Shown here one piece after another: positions 38,485 to 47,511 of a stretch of DNA of 64,000 nt. The position numbers and the translations under genes are program-made. The DNA comes from an uncultured Acidobacteriota bacterium. Its GTDB lineage: Bacteria; Acidobacteriota; Vicinamibacteria; Vicinamibacterales; 2-12-FULL-66-21. Each line of letters opens with the position of its first letter. Within the stretch, counting starts at the first letter, position 1. Location of the stretch: positions 171,723 to 235,722 of the forward strand of contig CAVRYF010000001.1 in the NCBI GenBank assembly GCA_963725325.1. The letters are read 5' to 3'. The notes under the pieces are model-generated. The model was not told where the DNA came from. It did not search any database and saw nothing but the letters and a program-made list of their open reading frames with translations.

Positions 38485-38940
38485 TTACAGCGCTCGTCGC
38501 ATGGTGAGGCCGACACCGAATCGGGTCTCGATCGTCCCCGTCGAGCAAAAGCCACAGGACAAATAGAAGCCTTCCGCATGGGGATTGCCAATCACGTGCA
38601 GAAATGTGGCAGCTCTCATCCGGGCCACTTCGGCAACGTGCTCGACAAGTCGCCGTCCGATACCGTGCTTCCACAGGTGCGGCTCGACGAACAGCGCGTC
38701 CAACTCCGCACCGCCATCGGGGCGAGGCACCACGGCGGCAAAACCCACGACGACCCCATCACGTTCTGCCACGAAGGCGCAGCCGGTTGCGATCTGCTCA
38801 ATGGGCAGCGCAATCGCGTCAGGATGTGCGAGGAGCGCCTCGCGATCGCCAGGATTGTTAAGCGACGCACGCCGTTGTAGCGACTCAAGCATCGTGTGCT
38901 CGTCACGCCGTGCGAGCCGGATCGACACATCCTGTTCCAT
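38485..38940 (-). CDS. GNAT family N-acetyltransferase
   Basis: VVGFAAVVPRPDGGAELDALFVEPHLWKHGIGRRLVEHV...GFYLSCGF. Confidence 0.8.
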   Translation of the reverse strand: MEQDVSIRLARRDEHTMLESLQRRASLNNPGDREALLAHPDAIALPIEQIATGCAFVAERDGVVVGFAAVVPRPDGGAELDALFVEPHLWKHGIGRRLVEHVAEVARMRAATFLHVIGNPHAEGFYLSCGFCSTGTIETRFGVGLTMRRAL

Positions 38941-38960
38941 TCAGCCTCGCTCCTGCGACC

Positions 38961-39389
38961 TCACGAAGCAGGTGCCAGCCGCTTGCGCATCAGCAAGTTC
39001 CGATGTCCTCGGGGGTGATCGTCGACGGTCGCGAGAACTTCGAACCCGTGTCGCTCGTAGAACGAGGGCGCCTGAAAGGAGAACGTCATCAGCACGATTT
39101 GTGTGCAGCCGCGTCGACGCGCCTCCTGCTCCGCGGCCTGGAACAGCTGCGTACCGAGTCCACGGCCACGTTGCGACTGCTCGACCCAGAACTGGCGCAC
39201 CTCGCAAGTGCCGCCCCACGTGTTGCCGCAGATCCCCGCCACAATGCGGTGTCCTTCGCGCACGAAGAACGCGAGCCACTCGCCGCCGGCGATACCAGAA
39301 GCGCTCGCGTTGAACTCGTAGAGGCGATCTTCCAGATATTGCACGTCGTCCGGGCTCGGGTCGGCCGGACTCAACGCGACGTCAGTCAT
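38961..39389 (-). CDS. GNAT family N-acetyltransferase
   Basis: VRQFWVEQSQRGRGLGTQLFQAAEQEARRRGCTQIVLMTFSFQAPSFYERHGF. Confidence 0.8.
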   Translation of the reverse strand: MTDVALSPADPSPDDVQYLEDRLYEFNASASGIAGGEWLAFFVREGHRIVAGICGNTWGGTCEVRQFWVEQSQRGRGLGTQLFQAAEQEARRRGCTQIVLMTFSFQAPSFYERHGFEVLATVDDHPRGHRNLLMRKRLAPAS

Positions 39390-39921
39390 GTCGCCCGCCG
39401 TTCCACTTACTCGGCCGTTTCATCACGACACGACGAGATGGGTCAATGCCACGCTGGGTTTCGTCGTCGACCACGGTACGCAGCGCGTCGGAGAGTTCGT
39501 CGGGAGGAACGACAGCGAAACCGAGTCGTGCATAGAACGGCATGTTCCACGGCACGTCACGGAAGGTTGTCAACGTAACCGAATCGTACTCGTGCTTGGC
39601 CGCCCACTCGCAGACTCGCAGGATCAGCTTCGTTCCAAGGCCATGGCGGCCGTGGTCGGGATGGACGTCGATCTCTTCGAGATGTGCAGCCCCGGGCACA
39701 ATCACCTCGACGTGCGCGAACCCGACAGGAACATCGTCTGCCAGGGCGACCCAGAGACGTCCGTCGCGCTGAGCCCGCTTCAAGACGTCCAGGCTCGTCG
39801 TCTCGTTCAGCACGGACTCGGGCGCGTGTCCCTCGAGAAGGCGCGCGGCTGCCAGCTCAATTGCTGACAGCCGCGAGAGATCCTCCACGCGGGCTGCTGA
39901 AATCGTGTACGTCGGGATCAC
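39382..39921 (-). CDS. GNAT family N-acetyltransferase
   Basis: VGFAHVEVIVPGAAHLEEIDVHPDHGRHGLGTKLILRVCEWAAKHEYDSVTLTTF...PFYARLGF. Confidence 0.8.
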   Translation of the reverse strand: MIPTYTISAARVEDLSRLSAIELAAARLLEGHAPESVLNETTSLDVLKRAQRDGRLWVALADDVPVGFAHVEVIVPGAAHLEEIDVHPDHGRHGLGTKLILRVCEWAAKHEYDSVTLTTFRDVPWNMPFYARLGFAVVPPDELSDALRTVVDDETQRGIDPSRRVVMKRPSKWNGGRHD

Positions 39922-40352
39922 GCTCGCAACCCAATCGGTGCTCCCGCCGCTGCGCCCTCAACGGGGACGCGACGAGCCTGCGAGTCCGTTTGGCTCGTTC
40001 GGGTCTGGTAAGCGATATACGAGCCCGTCATCAGCGCCAGACCGACAGCTGCCGGCATCCAGACACTCGCCGGATCGCCGACGGACAGATGCGAATAGAG
40101 CGCACCGGTCAGATCGAATGTCAGGCCGGCGAACGCCCATTCCTTGAGCCTCGCCGGACCAGGGCTGAGAACGGCCGCGACGCCAAGAATCTTGGCCGTT
40201 CCCAGGAACAACAGCAAGTACGGCGGATAGCCGAGATGCCTGAACACCGCTACCGCACCGGGAATCCGAAGAACGTCCGGTGCTGCTGACAGCAGCATCA
40301 ACGCGGCCATCAATCCCGTGACGACCCACCCAATCCAGGTCCGAGCCTTCAT
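39918..40352 (-). CDS. DoxX-like family membrane protein
   Basis: ATG 40352: MKARTWIGWVVTGLMAALMLLSAAPDVLRIPGAVAVFRHLGYPPYLLLFLGTAKILGVAAVL. The stop overlaps the GNAT start. Confidence 0.7.
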   Translation of the reverse strand: MKARTWIGWVVTGLMAALMLLSAAPDVLRIPGAVAVFRHLGYPPYLLLFLGTAKILGVAAVLSPGPARLKEWAFAGLTFDLTGALYSHLSVGDPASVWMPAAVGLALMTGSYIAYQTRTSQTDSQARRVPVEGAAAGAPIGLRA

Positions 40353-40362
40353 GCCGGTCCCT

Positions 40363-41452
40363 TCAGTTCCGGTCGTCGTCGCGCGGCGAGAGAATCGCCA
40401 CGCCGTTTGCGTCGGGGACGCCGACCGTGATCGTCGTGCCCGTCGCCGCGAGCTCGCCAAAGCGGTTGTACGTGAACAGCGACAGGTGCGACTGACCGGC
40501 ACCGTGATCGATCACGCCCAAAATCCCCGAATCTGCATCGATGTCGGCCGGCGCTCCCGTCGGAATCTGCGCGGCCACTAGACCGTCGACGAAGACGTTG
40601 TTACCAGTCCCGACCACGCGGCTGATCGATCGGCTGCCCGTATTGGCGACGAAGACGTACTTGCCGGCCCGCGTCATCCAGCACGAAGCCGCCTGGCCCG
40701 CGGCAACGATGGACGTAAACGAGCCGTTCCGAAACAGCCCATCCTGATTCGAGTGCGCGAGCGTGATCAGCGCCGTGCCGTCGGGGTAGGTGGCGAATCC
40801 GAAGGGCGCCAGCGATCCATCTGGGGCGGAGACCGCGGTCGGCGGCAGATCCGCTGACTCGACCGCGGTCCAGATCGATGATGTCGATCGTGCCGGGATC
40901 TGGATCCGTCTTCAGCGTGACGAGCAGCTGCCTCTCGCCGATCACGCCGACCTGACTTGTGCTGCCCGTCGCCGGCGCCCCGCCGCCCGCCAGCTCGAGA
41001 GCCGTCGTGCCGTCAAGCCCCTGCACTGAATTCTGATGAAGCACGAACGAGTCGACGGTCGTGGCTCCGGCGACGTACAGATGGTCGTTGCCAAAGTCCA
41101 CGCTCACCGGAGCGCTGGTGGTCGGCACGACGTTGTCGAACTTCAGCACGTCCCCATCGCGCGTGAACAGCGCAACGCTGTTGGAACCATTGTTGACGAC
41201 AGCCACGAGTCTGCCGTCGTGCTGCTTGACGCCCCGTGCATTGCCTCCGACGCCGCCCTTGCCGTGAGTGGACAGCGTCTGCAGCAAAACATGGCTTTCG
41301 GCGTCGTAGACCCTGATCTGGTTGACATTCGGGTCGTTGGTCATCGTCACGACAAGCGTGCGGCCGTGGCCGCCACTCGCGTGAATTCCGGCGCCGCCTG
41401 CGGCGTATGCAAGGACGGCGACGATCACTCCTAACACGTTTCGTCTCAACAT
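40363..41452 (-). pseudogene. Secreted lactonase-type beta-propeller protein, one frameshift near 40860-40880
   Basis: GAGGAG then ATG 41452: MLRRNVLGVIVAVLAYAAGGAGIHASG...QIRVYDAESHVLLQTLSTHGKGGVGGNARG...VAVVNNGSNSVALF. After ...IDIIDLDRG the frame changes to AVESADLPPTAVSAPDGSLAPFGFATYPDGTALITLAHSNQDGLF...KYVFVANTGSRSISRV...*. Confidence 0.65.
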
Positions 41453-41522
41453 GACGTTCTCCTCGAACGTCAGAAATACCCGCACGCGACAGAAATATTC
41501 CGACGCGACTCGTGGAATGTCG

Positions 41523-42077
41523 CTATCGCATCGCGCCAACTCGCGCGACTCGAGCCAGCGCGACCAGCGACGCCCTTAGCAATCCCGACAGATACCCGTC
41601 CTGTTCAATGCCGGCGGCGTCGCTCCTCGAACCGTCAAGCGGAATCGTGACGGACGCGTCCTCAACGACGCGCCCCGACATCGTCATCAGCGTCTCCCGC
41701 AAGGATGCATACGCGAGCGTGGCACGGCCCGAGGAATTGATGAGCGCTATCGGCTTGTCCATCAGCTCTCCGCTGCCGACGATCCAGTCCAGCGCGTTCT
41801 TGAGCACGCCGGACACGCCGTGCGCGTACTCAGGACTGCAAATGAGGATCGCGTCGCAGGCCTCAAGAGCCGCTCGAAATCTGACGACTTCAACCGGTGC
41901 CGTATCGGTGTCCAGATCCGGGTTGAACGGCGGAACCTCCGCAAGCTCCCCGTAGACCGACACTTCGATCCCGGCTGGCGCCACACGAACGGCGGCAGAG
42001 ACCAGCGCGCTGTTCGAGGATGCCTTGCGTAGGCTGCCCGAGATAGCAAGAACTCGAACGGTGTCTGCGTTGCCCAT
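41523..42077 (-). CDS. NADPH-dependent FMN reductase
   Basis: MGNADTVRVLAISGSLRKASSNSALV...ILICSPEYAHGVSGVLKNALDW. ATG 42077 overlaps the upstream stop (ATGA). Confidence 0.8.
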   Translation of the reverse strand: MGNADTVRVLAISGSLRKASSNSALVSAAVRVAPAGIEVSVYGELAEVPPFNPDLDTDTAPVEVVRFRAALEACDAILICSPEYAHGVSGVLKNALDWIVGSGELMDKPIALINSSGRATLAYASLRETLMTMSGRVVEDASVTIPLDGSRSDAAGIEQDGYLSGLLRASLVALARVARVGAMR

Positions 42078-42529
42078 CACGACTCGTGCCACGCGTGCCA
42101 TTCCACGAGACCTTCGTCGGGGCGCGGCTCACCCTCGAGCATCGCGATGTATTCCAAGAGGTGACCATCGGGGTCGAGGAAATACACGGCCACCGCCGGC
42201 ATCCAGGCGAGCACGATCGGTTCAGCTGTTGGTCGCCCATTGAAGTCGAGAGCAACGATGCCTGCTGACTGAAGTCTCTGCGGAGCTCTAAGGACATCCT
42301 CAGCGGTTGTGGCAAAGGCAATGTGCGTGGTCGTTTTCTGAGGACCTGCGCCGGCTTGCCAGAGCCCCAGCATCGAGTCGCCTCGCGCACCGACCCAGAA
42401 AAACGCGGCTCGACGCGCCGGTACCACGTGCGCCAGCTCGAGTCCGAGACGGTCCCGATAAAACGTGATTGACATCTCGAGGTCGGCGACGATCAGGTGC
42501 GCCTCGAACAATCGGTCGATCGATGTCAT
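42077..42529 (-). CDS. VOC/glyoxalase-family protein
   Basis: MTSIDRLFEAHLIVADLEMSITFYRDRLGLEL...HIAFA...VYFLDPDGHLLEY. ATG 42529 overlaps the DoxX stop. Confidence 0.75.
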   Translation of the reverse strand: MTSIDRLFEAHLIVADLEMSITFYRDRLGLELAHVVPARRAAFFWVGARGDSMLGLWQAGAGPQKTTTHIAFATTAEDVLRAPQRLQSAGIVALDFNGRPTAEPIVLAWMPAVAVYFLDPDGHLLEYIAMLEGEPRPDEGLVEWHAWHES

Positions 42530-43071
42530 TGACTCTCTGTCCGTCTGTTCCCGCCGAAATGCGGCAGCCATCGATCGGCGGCGAGCGGGCCGGATCCGCC
42601 GAGGACCAATGTCGCCAGCGCGGCGATGTAGAGCAGGTCCGTTTCATAGCCCGGCGGACCGAATTGAGGGCCGGCTGCAGTCACGCCGCGAAGCTTGATC
42701 GAGCTGAACCCGTACGGCAGATGCACGGTCACGACCGCCACCAGGAGAATCACCGTCAGCGGAAGACTGATCAATGGGATGTACGCGCCAAGGAGGACGG
42801 CGAGACCGCCAAGGAGCTCGAATCCGATGGTCACCCACGCCATCAGGTGTGGCGCTGGAACCCCGAGCCCCTGAAGCGACGCAGCAAAGTGATCCGGCCC
42901 ATTCGCAACCTTGGCGTAGCCGTGCGCGATGAAGCCGTAGCCCACGATCAACCGCAAGGGAACCGCCGACCAGCGTCGAAGCGTTGAAACGCCGAAGCCC
43001 GTTGTCACCAGGTGCCTCCACCTCACGTTATGTCGAACGATGGCGGAAATATTCCGCGGAATATTCGGCAC
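42526..43071 (-). CDS. DoxX family membrane protein
   Basis: LRLIVGYGFIAHGYAKV...FELLGGLAVLLGAYIPLISLPLTVILLVAVVTVH. Confidence 0.75.
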   Translation of the reverse strand: MPNIPRNISAIVRHNVRWRHLVTTGFGVSTLRRWSAVPLRLIVGYGFIAHGYAKVANGPDHFAASLQGLGVPAPHLMAWVTIGFELLGGLAVLLGAYIPLISLPLTVILLVAVVTVHLPYGFSSIKLRGVTAAGPQFGPPGYETDLLYIAALATLVLGGSGPLAADRWLPHFGGNRRTESQ

Positions 43072-43129
43072 CGTCTCGACATTAGGTCATCAGGCGGGCG
43101 CGTTCAGCCTGCTCGAGGAGAGAGAACGA

Positions 43130-43624
43130 ATGAGAACGAACTGGGTACTGACCACGGCGTTGATGGCCATGTCTGTCACGGCGGCCGTGGGTGCGCAGTC
43201 CGCGAAGGCCATGCATCAGCCTTCGAAGGGCGACGCCATGAGCGTGGCGTATACGGGTTGCGTGGAGTCCGTCAATCACGGAGGCGCGTTCCTGCTGACC
43301 AAGATCGACAGCGTGGACTCCATGCACGACGACAAGACCATGAAACACCACGACGACATGGCGATGAAGCACGACGACATGGCGATGAAGAGTGATGCAG
43401 CCAAGACGATGCAGCACGAGCAGGCGCCCATGGCCGACGAAAAGATGGACGCGATGTCAGCGAAATCGTTCGCCCTGGCGGGCTCCACGAATCTCAGCAA
43501 GCACATTGGACAGAAGGTGTCCGTGACGGGATCGCTCTCCGACGGCTCGATGGGAACGATGCGCCAGGACCTGTCGACGCTCACGATCAAGACCTTGAAA
43601 GTGATTGCAAAGTCATGCTCGTAA
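43130..43624 (+). CDS. Secreted Met/His/Asp-rich protein (possible periplasmic metal binding)
   Basis: MRTNWVLTTALMAMSVTAAVGAQS (signal peptide). Central stretch: MHDDKTMKHHDDMAMKHDDMAMKSDAAKTMQHEQAPMADEKMDAMS. Confidence 0.6.
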   Translation: MRTNWVLTTALMAMSVTAAVGAQSAKAMHQPSKGDAMSVAYTGCVESVNHGGAFLLTKIDSVDSMHDDKTMKHHDDMAMKHDDMAMKSDAAKTMQHEQAPMADEKMDAMSAKSFALAGSTNLSKHIGQKVSVTGSLSDGSMGTMRQDLSTLTIKTLKVIAKSCS

Positions 43625-43932
43625 ACGCTCAAACCCTCACCGTCGGATTATCCGTACGCCTGGAAGCCAAGCCGGGACGCGAGACGGATCTGGAGGCGCT
43701 TCTCCGGGGTGCAGCGCCGCTCGCCGAGGCGGAACCCGCGACGTTGGTGTGGTTCGCCGTACGGCTCGGACCCACGACATTCGGAATCTTTGATGCGTTT
43801 CCCGATGAAGCCGGCCGCCAGGCCCACCTTGCGGGCCGTATCGCCGCCGCCCTCGGCGAACACGGCACGGCGCTGCTCGCCGCCCCACCGGCGATCGAAC
43901 GAATCGACGTGCTGGCAGCAAAACTGCCGTAG
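43615..43932 (+). CDS. ABM-domain (antibiotic biosynthesis monooxygenase-like) protein
   Basis: 105 aa. LTVGLSVRLEAKPGRETDLEALL...TLVWFAVRLGPTTFGIFDAFPDEAGRQAHL. Confidence 0.6.
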   Translation: MLVNAQTLTVGLSVRLEAKPGRETDLEALLRGAAPLAEAEPATLVWFAVRLGPTTFGIFDAFPDEAGRQAHLAGRIAAALGEHGTALLAAPPAIERIDVLAAKLP

Positions 43933-43950
43933 TCAGTTGGTGCCTGCACG

Positions 43951-44733
43951 ATGCGGACTGTTCTCGGGTGTGTTGCGATAGCGATCTCTGTTGCCTTCGC
44001 GATTGCGTCGACACCGTTCGCGCACCCCGCGACGTCGGTCGAGCGCGGCGTCCGCAAGCAGTACGCGGCCGTCGCGTTCGATTATCTCGTGCTGTTCGAT
44101 CCAGATTCCGTGGTGTCAGCTGTCGATCGGATTGCTCATGGCAGGGGCCGAGAATTCACCAGCATGTGGCGCACACGGCAGTTTGAGTACAGCTGGTTGC
44201 GATCGATCAGCGGTCGCTACGTGGATTTCTCCGCCATCACGAGCGATGCTCTCCGGTACACGGCGAATGCCATGCATGTTGAACTGACTGCGGTGGAGAG
44301 GGATCAGCTCCTGGACGCGTATTCGCGGCTCACGCCGTGGCCCGATACGGTAGAGGCCTTACGTCGACTGCGCGCCGCGGACCTCCGCGTGATCACGATC
44401 GCGAATTTCAGTCCGACGATGCTCCGGGAGAACGCCGAGCGTGCTGGCCTGACGCCCTTGTTCGACGCTCTGGTCAGCACGGACGCGAATCACACGTATA
44501 AGCCGGATCCGCGGGCATATCAGCTGGGCGTCGATCGTCTCAAGCTCGACAAGCGCGACATCGTCTTCGCCGCGTTTGGTGGATGGGACGCGGCCGGCGC
44601 AGTGTCGTACGGCTATCCAACCGTGTGGGTAAACCGACTGAATCAGCCGCCAGAGGAGCTGGGCCTGCATCCGGATCGGACCGTCACCGATCTGAACGGA
44701 CTGCTCGATTTTGTCTTGGAGCAAAGCCGGTAA
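43951..44733 (+). CDS. Haloacid dehalogenase type II-like HAD hydrolase with signal peptide
   Basis: AVAFDYLVLFDP...MWRTRQFEYSWLR...LTPWPDTVEALRRLR...STDANHTYKPDPRAYQ...FAAFGGWDAAGA. Confidence 0.7.
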   Translation: MRTVLGCVAIAISVAFAIASTPFAHPATSVERGVRKQYAAVAFDYLVLFDPDSVVSAVDRIAHGRGREFTSMWRTRQFEYSWLRSISGRYVDFSAITSDALRYTANAMHVELTAVERDQLLDAYSRLTPWPDTVEALRRLRAADLRVITIANFSPTMLRENAERAGLTPLFDALVSTDANHTYKPDPRAYQLGVDRLKLDKRDIVFAAFGGWDAAGAVSYGYPTVWVNRLNQPPEELGLHPDRTVTDLNGLLDFVLEQSR

Positions 44734-44925
44734 CGACCAGTGTGGCTGGCGCGAATTGCTGCCTCTGGAGTCCTTTGCGTGGATGAAGCGGCCGTGAGGC
44801 GGCGTGAAATCGGCAACCGGCTCGGACGGAGCGTAAGCAGGGAATATTTCGCATTGGTCTGGTGATTCAGCTCCTGTGAAGCGCAGGATCCCCTATCCGC
44901 GCTGAACGCGCGGTGTTGGCAATCG

Positions 44926-45519
44926 ATGGTGAAACAGAGCGCTCCGCACCAATCAGACGCCTGGGCTGCGTTCGAGGGAGAGGTGTTGCCCCATGCCGAT
45001 CGCCTATTCCGCCTCGCCATGTGGTTCGAGCGGAACCGCGCTGATGCCGAGGATGTCGTGCAGGAGACGATGATACAGGCGCTGCGTTCATTTCATCGCT
45101 TCCAGCCCGGGACCAACTGTCGCGCCTGGTTAACCACGATTCTTCAGCGCATTGTCAGCAACCGGCGGCGGGCGAAAGGCCGATCGATTGTCGTGAGCGA
45201 TCCTGACGACCGTATCGCTCAGACGGTGCCGTTCGTTCCTCCGGTCCCGCAAGATCTGACTGACGAACTCGTCTTGGGCAGCTTGAGGCGGCTGCCAACG
45301 GCGTTCCAAGAGGTCATTCTTCTGTGTGACGTCGAGGATCTGTCGTACAAGGAAGCCGCGGAAGCGTTGGCGATTCCGATTGGAACCGTGATGTCGCGTC
45401 TCCACCGAGGCCGCGCACAATTGCGCGCGGAGCTCGTTGCCGCGGACGCGGCCCTCGCAGGGCGTCGACCGAACGGCGAGGAAGTGGACTCTTCACACGA
45501 GAGAGTCGAGGCGTCATGA
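44926..45519 (+). CDS. ECF sigma factor
   Basis: ADAEDVVQETMIQALRSFHRFQPGTNCRAWLTTIL...FQEVILLCDVEDLSYKEAAEALAIPIGTVMSRLHRGR. Confidence 0.85.
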   Translation: MVKQSAPHQSDAWAAFEGEVLPHADRLFRLAMWFERNRADAEDVVQETMIQALRSFHRFQPGTNCRAWLTTILQRIVSNRRRAKGRSIVVSDPDDRIAQTVPFVPPVPQDLTDELVLGSLRRLPTAFQEVILLCDVEDLSYKEAAEALAIPIGTVMSRLHRGRAQLRAELVAADAALAGRRPNGEEVDSSHERVEAS

Positions 45520-46409
45520 ATTGTCGTGACGTGCGGGACGTCGCCGATTCGTTTCTCTGTGAGGAACTGTTGACGGAAACGAATCACGAGATCTTGCGGC
45601 ACCTCGATACCTGTCCATCGTGCCGGACCGAGCTTCACGCGCGTCGCCGTTTGCGCGGCGCTCTACGGACCGCCTTCAATCGCGCTCCAGAACTGCAGCC
45701 CGCTGGGGAATTCGCGGACCGCTTACGCGATCAGCTCCGCCAGGCGGCCGTGCACAGACATCGGTCGTGGGCGTTATCCAGTCGACGGCTCGCGCTCGCC
45801 GCCGGTCTCGTCCTGGCGGCCGGTGTAGCCGCCGTCGTGTTTCTCAACAGATCGTGGGCGCCGGCCGAGCCGCTGGCGCAGGACGCGATCGGCGATCATC
45901 GCAACTGCGCGTTGAAGTATCGGCTGGTCAGGAACCCGGTGCCGCTGGAAGAGGCGGCGCAGCGCTTCGACAGTGCCTATCGCTTGCTGCTCGACGCTCC
46001 GCCGGACGCCATCTCCACTCCGGATGGACCTGTTCGCGTGGTTGAGCGGCATTCCTGCGAGTATGGCGCGCATCGGTTTGGACACGTCATCCTGCAGTAT
46101 CGCGGTCACGTCGTGTCGCTGCTCGTGACAGTAAGCGACAGAACGACGGCCGTCACTGCGTCTGCGGAGGCGATTCCACATGTCATCGGCCATCCGATTG
46201 AGGGATTATCCGTGGTGTCGGTCGACGGATCGCGTCATGCGATCATGCTGGTCAGCGATCTGGAGAAGAACGAGCTCAGGCAGCTGGCGAAAATCGTGTC
46301 GGTGCCGCTGGCCCAACGCTTGGCAGATGCCACCTCGGATCGCACGAAGACGATTGCCTGGTTGTTCGCTCCGACGCCTCAGGAATTGAACTCCTCGCCC
46401 ATCCACTGA
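45516..46409 (+). CDS. Anti-sigma factor (zf-HC2, one TM)
   Basis: MNCRDVRDVADSFLCEELLTETNHEILRHLDTCPSCRTEL, with TM segment LALAAGLVLAAGVAAVVFL. There is a 4-nt overlap with the sigma gene. Confidence 0.8.
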   Translation: MNCRDVRDVADSFLCEELLTETNHEILRHLDTCPSCRTELHARRRLRGALRTAFNRAPELQPAGEFADRLRDQLRQAAVHRHRSWALSSRRLALAAGLVLAAGVAAVVFLNRSWAPAEPLAQDAIGDHRNCALKYRLVRNPVPLEEAAQRFDSAYRLLLDAPPDAISTPDGPVRVVERHSCEYGAHRFGHVILQYRGHVVSLLVTVSDRTTAVTASAEAIPHVIGHPIEGLSVVSVDGSRHAIMLVSDLEKNELRQLAKIVSVPLAQRLADATSDRTKTIAWLFAPTPQELNSSPIH

Positions 46410-46485
46410 CTCAGAGTCAGTTCGCGGCTCAAGGAACGCTCGTCGGCGAAGTGAACGGACTGGATCTCGTCCTCGATCTTCACAA

Positions 46486-47085
46486 CTAAACTTGACATCC
46501 GACCAACACTCCATTCGTCTCCGCGGCTCGAGTATTCGTGCTGATCGAAATACGCGACCGCGCCGCCTCGCTGTTGAGCGCAACCCGGAAAGCCTGACGC
46601 GCACGCGACAGGCCGGACATGATGGTTCCGATCGGAACCTCCAAGACGTCAGCCAGCTCTCGATACGACAACTCCTCGAGTTCGCGAAGCACGAGCAGTT
46701 CACGAAAACGATCTGGCAAGTTCTGCATCGCGCGCTTGATCAAGGTGACGTCGTCGGTGTGGAGCAACAACGCTTCCGGATCCTCGGAGATTGGACGAGC
46801 CCCGCTGTGCTGTTCTTCGTCGAACGGATCGGACGGCGCGAGCGAGCCTTTCCGGAGCCTGGCCCAACATGTGTTGCGCACAATTTGGAGGAACCAGGCG
46901 CGCCCATTTCCACCAGTAAAGGTCCGAAAGTAACGAAGGGCGTTCAGCACCGCGTCTTGCACGACGTCTTCGGCATCGTGCTCATTCCGCACCAGCCAGA
47001 CTGCCAACCGGTACGCCGCATCTAGATGCGGGAGCACAACGTCGTCGAATCCACCGGTCGCCGGAGCATCCTTGACTTCGATCAT
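46486..47085 (-). CDS. ECF sigma factor
   Basis: HDAEDVVQDAVLNALRYFRTFTGGNGRAWFLQIV...FRELLVLRELEELSYRELADVLEVPIGTIMSGLSRAR. The ATG overlaps the STAS stop (ATGA at 47082..47085). Confidence 0.85.
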   Translation of the reverse strand: MIEVKDAPATGGFDDVVLPHLDAAYRLAVWLVRNEHDAEDVVQDAVLNALRYFRTFTGGNGRAWFLQIVRNTCWARLRKGSLAPSDPFDEEQHSGARPISEDPEALLLHTDDVTLIKRAMQNLPDRFRELLVLRELEELSYRELADVLEVPIGTIMSGLSRARQAFRVALNSEAARSRISISTNTRAAETNGVLVGCQV

Positions 47086-47354
47086 CGCTTTTGCTCAATG
47101 GCCTTGAGTTGGTGCGTTACAAAGAGGGAACAGTTATTCAAGCTGACGTGTCGCGATGACAGTTCATGCAGAAGCTCGAGACCGTCGGTGTCGATGAAAG
47201 TGACTTCGGCGAGATCGAGTACAAGTCGGTTGGCGGGCTTCTGCAGGATTTCCGACGACAGGTGCCTGAGCTCGTCGACCCATTGGCCGCGCATCTTGCC
47301 TTCGAGCCTGAGCACCACCGAGCCGTCAACGTCGTTCGCCTGAAAGATCCTCAT
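47082..47354 (-). CDS. STAS-domain protein (anti-sigma-factor antagonist-like)
   Basis: MRIFQANDVDGSVVLRLEGKMRGQWVDELRHL...LVLDLAEVTFIDTDGLELL. The track ORF starts at TTG 47375. Confidence 0.7.
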   Translation of the reverse strand: MRIFQANDVDGSVVLRLEGKMRGQWVDELRHLSSEILQKPANRLVLDLAEVTFIDTDGLELLHELSSRHVSLNNCSLFVTHQLKAIEQKR

Positions 47355-47511
47355 CACCCTAACTAGCCAGGGCAACGAGGATGCCGGCCATCAGAGCTGC
47401 TGCCGCCAGACTGTGTATCTCTGGACGGCTCAACCACTTGTCGGGGAATCACCCCTGGTGCTGAGCGGGCGGCCCACCGTGATATTTCGTAGGTTGGGGC
47501 GAGCGCGGGAC

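Noticed and set aside
46379-46498. 39-codon ORF downstream of the ECF sigma gene, as a possible mini anti-sigma factor.
   Set aside because: It is too short, has no recognisable anti-sigma motif, and overlaps both the sigma stop and the convergent anti-sigma gene. It is mentioned only in the STAS-ECF finding.
47355-47511. Possible sigma54 promoter (TGGCAC-N5-TTGC) upstream of the STAS-ECF operon, expected because a sigma54 activator is adjacent.
   Set aside because: I scanned the minus strand of this intergenic region. Candidates such as tggcggcagcagct and tggccggcatcctcgttgc have the wrong GG-GC spacing, and no convincing -24/-12 element was found.
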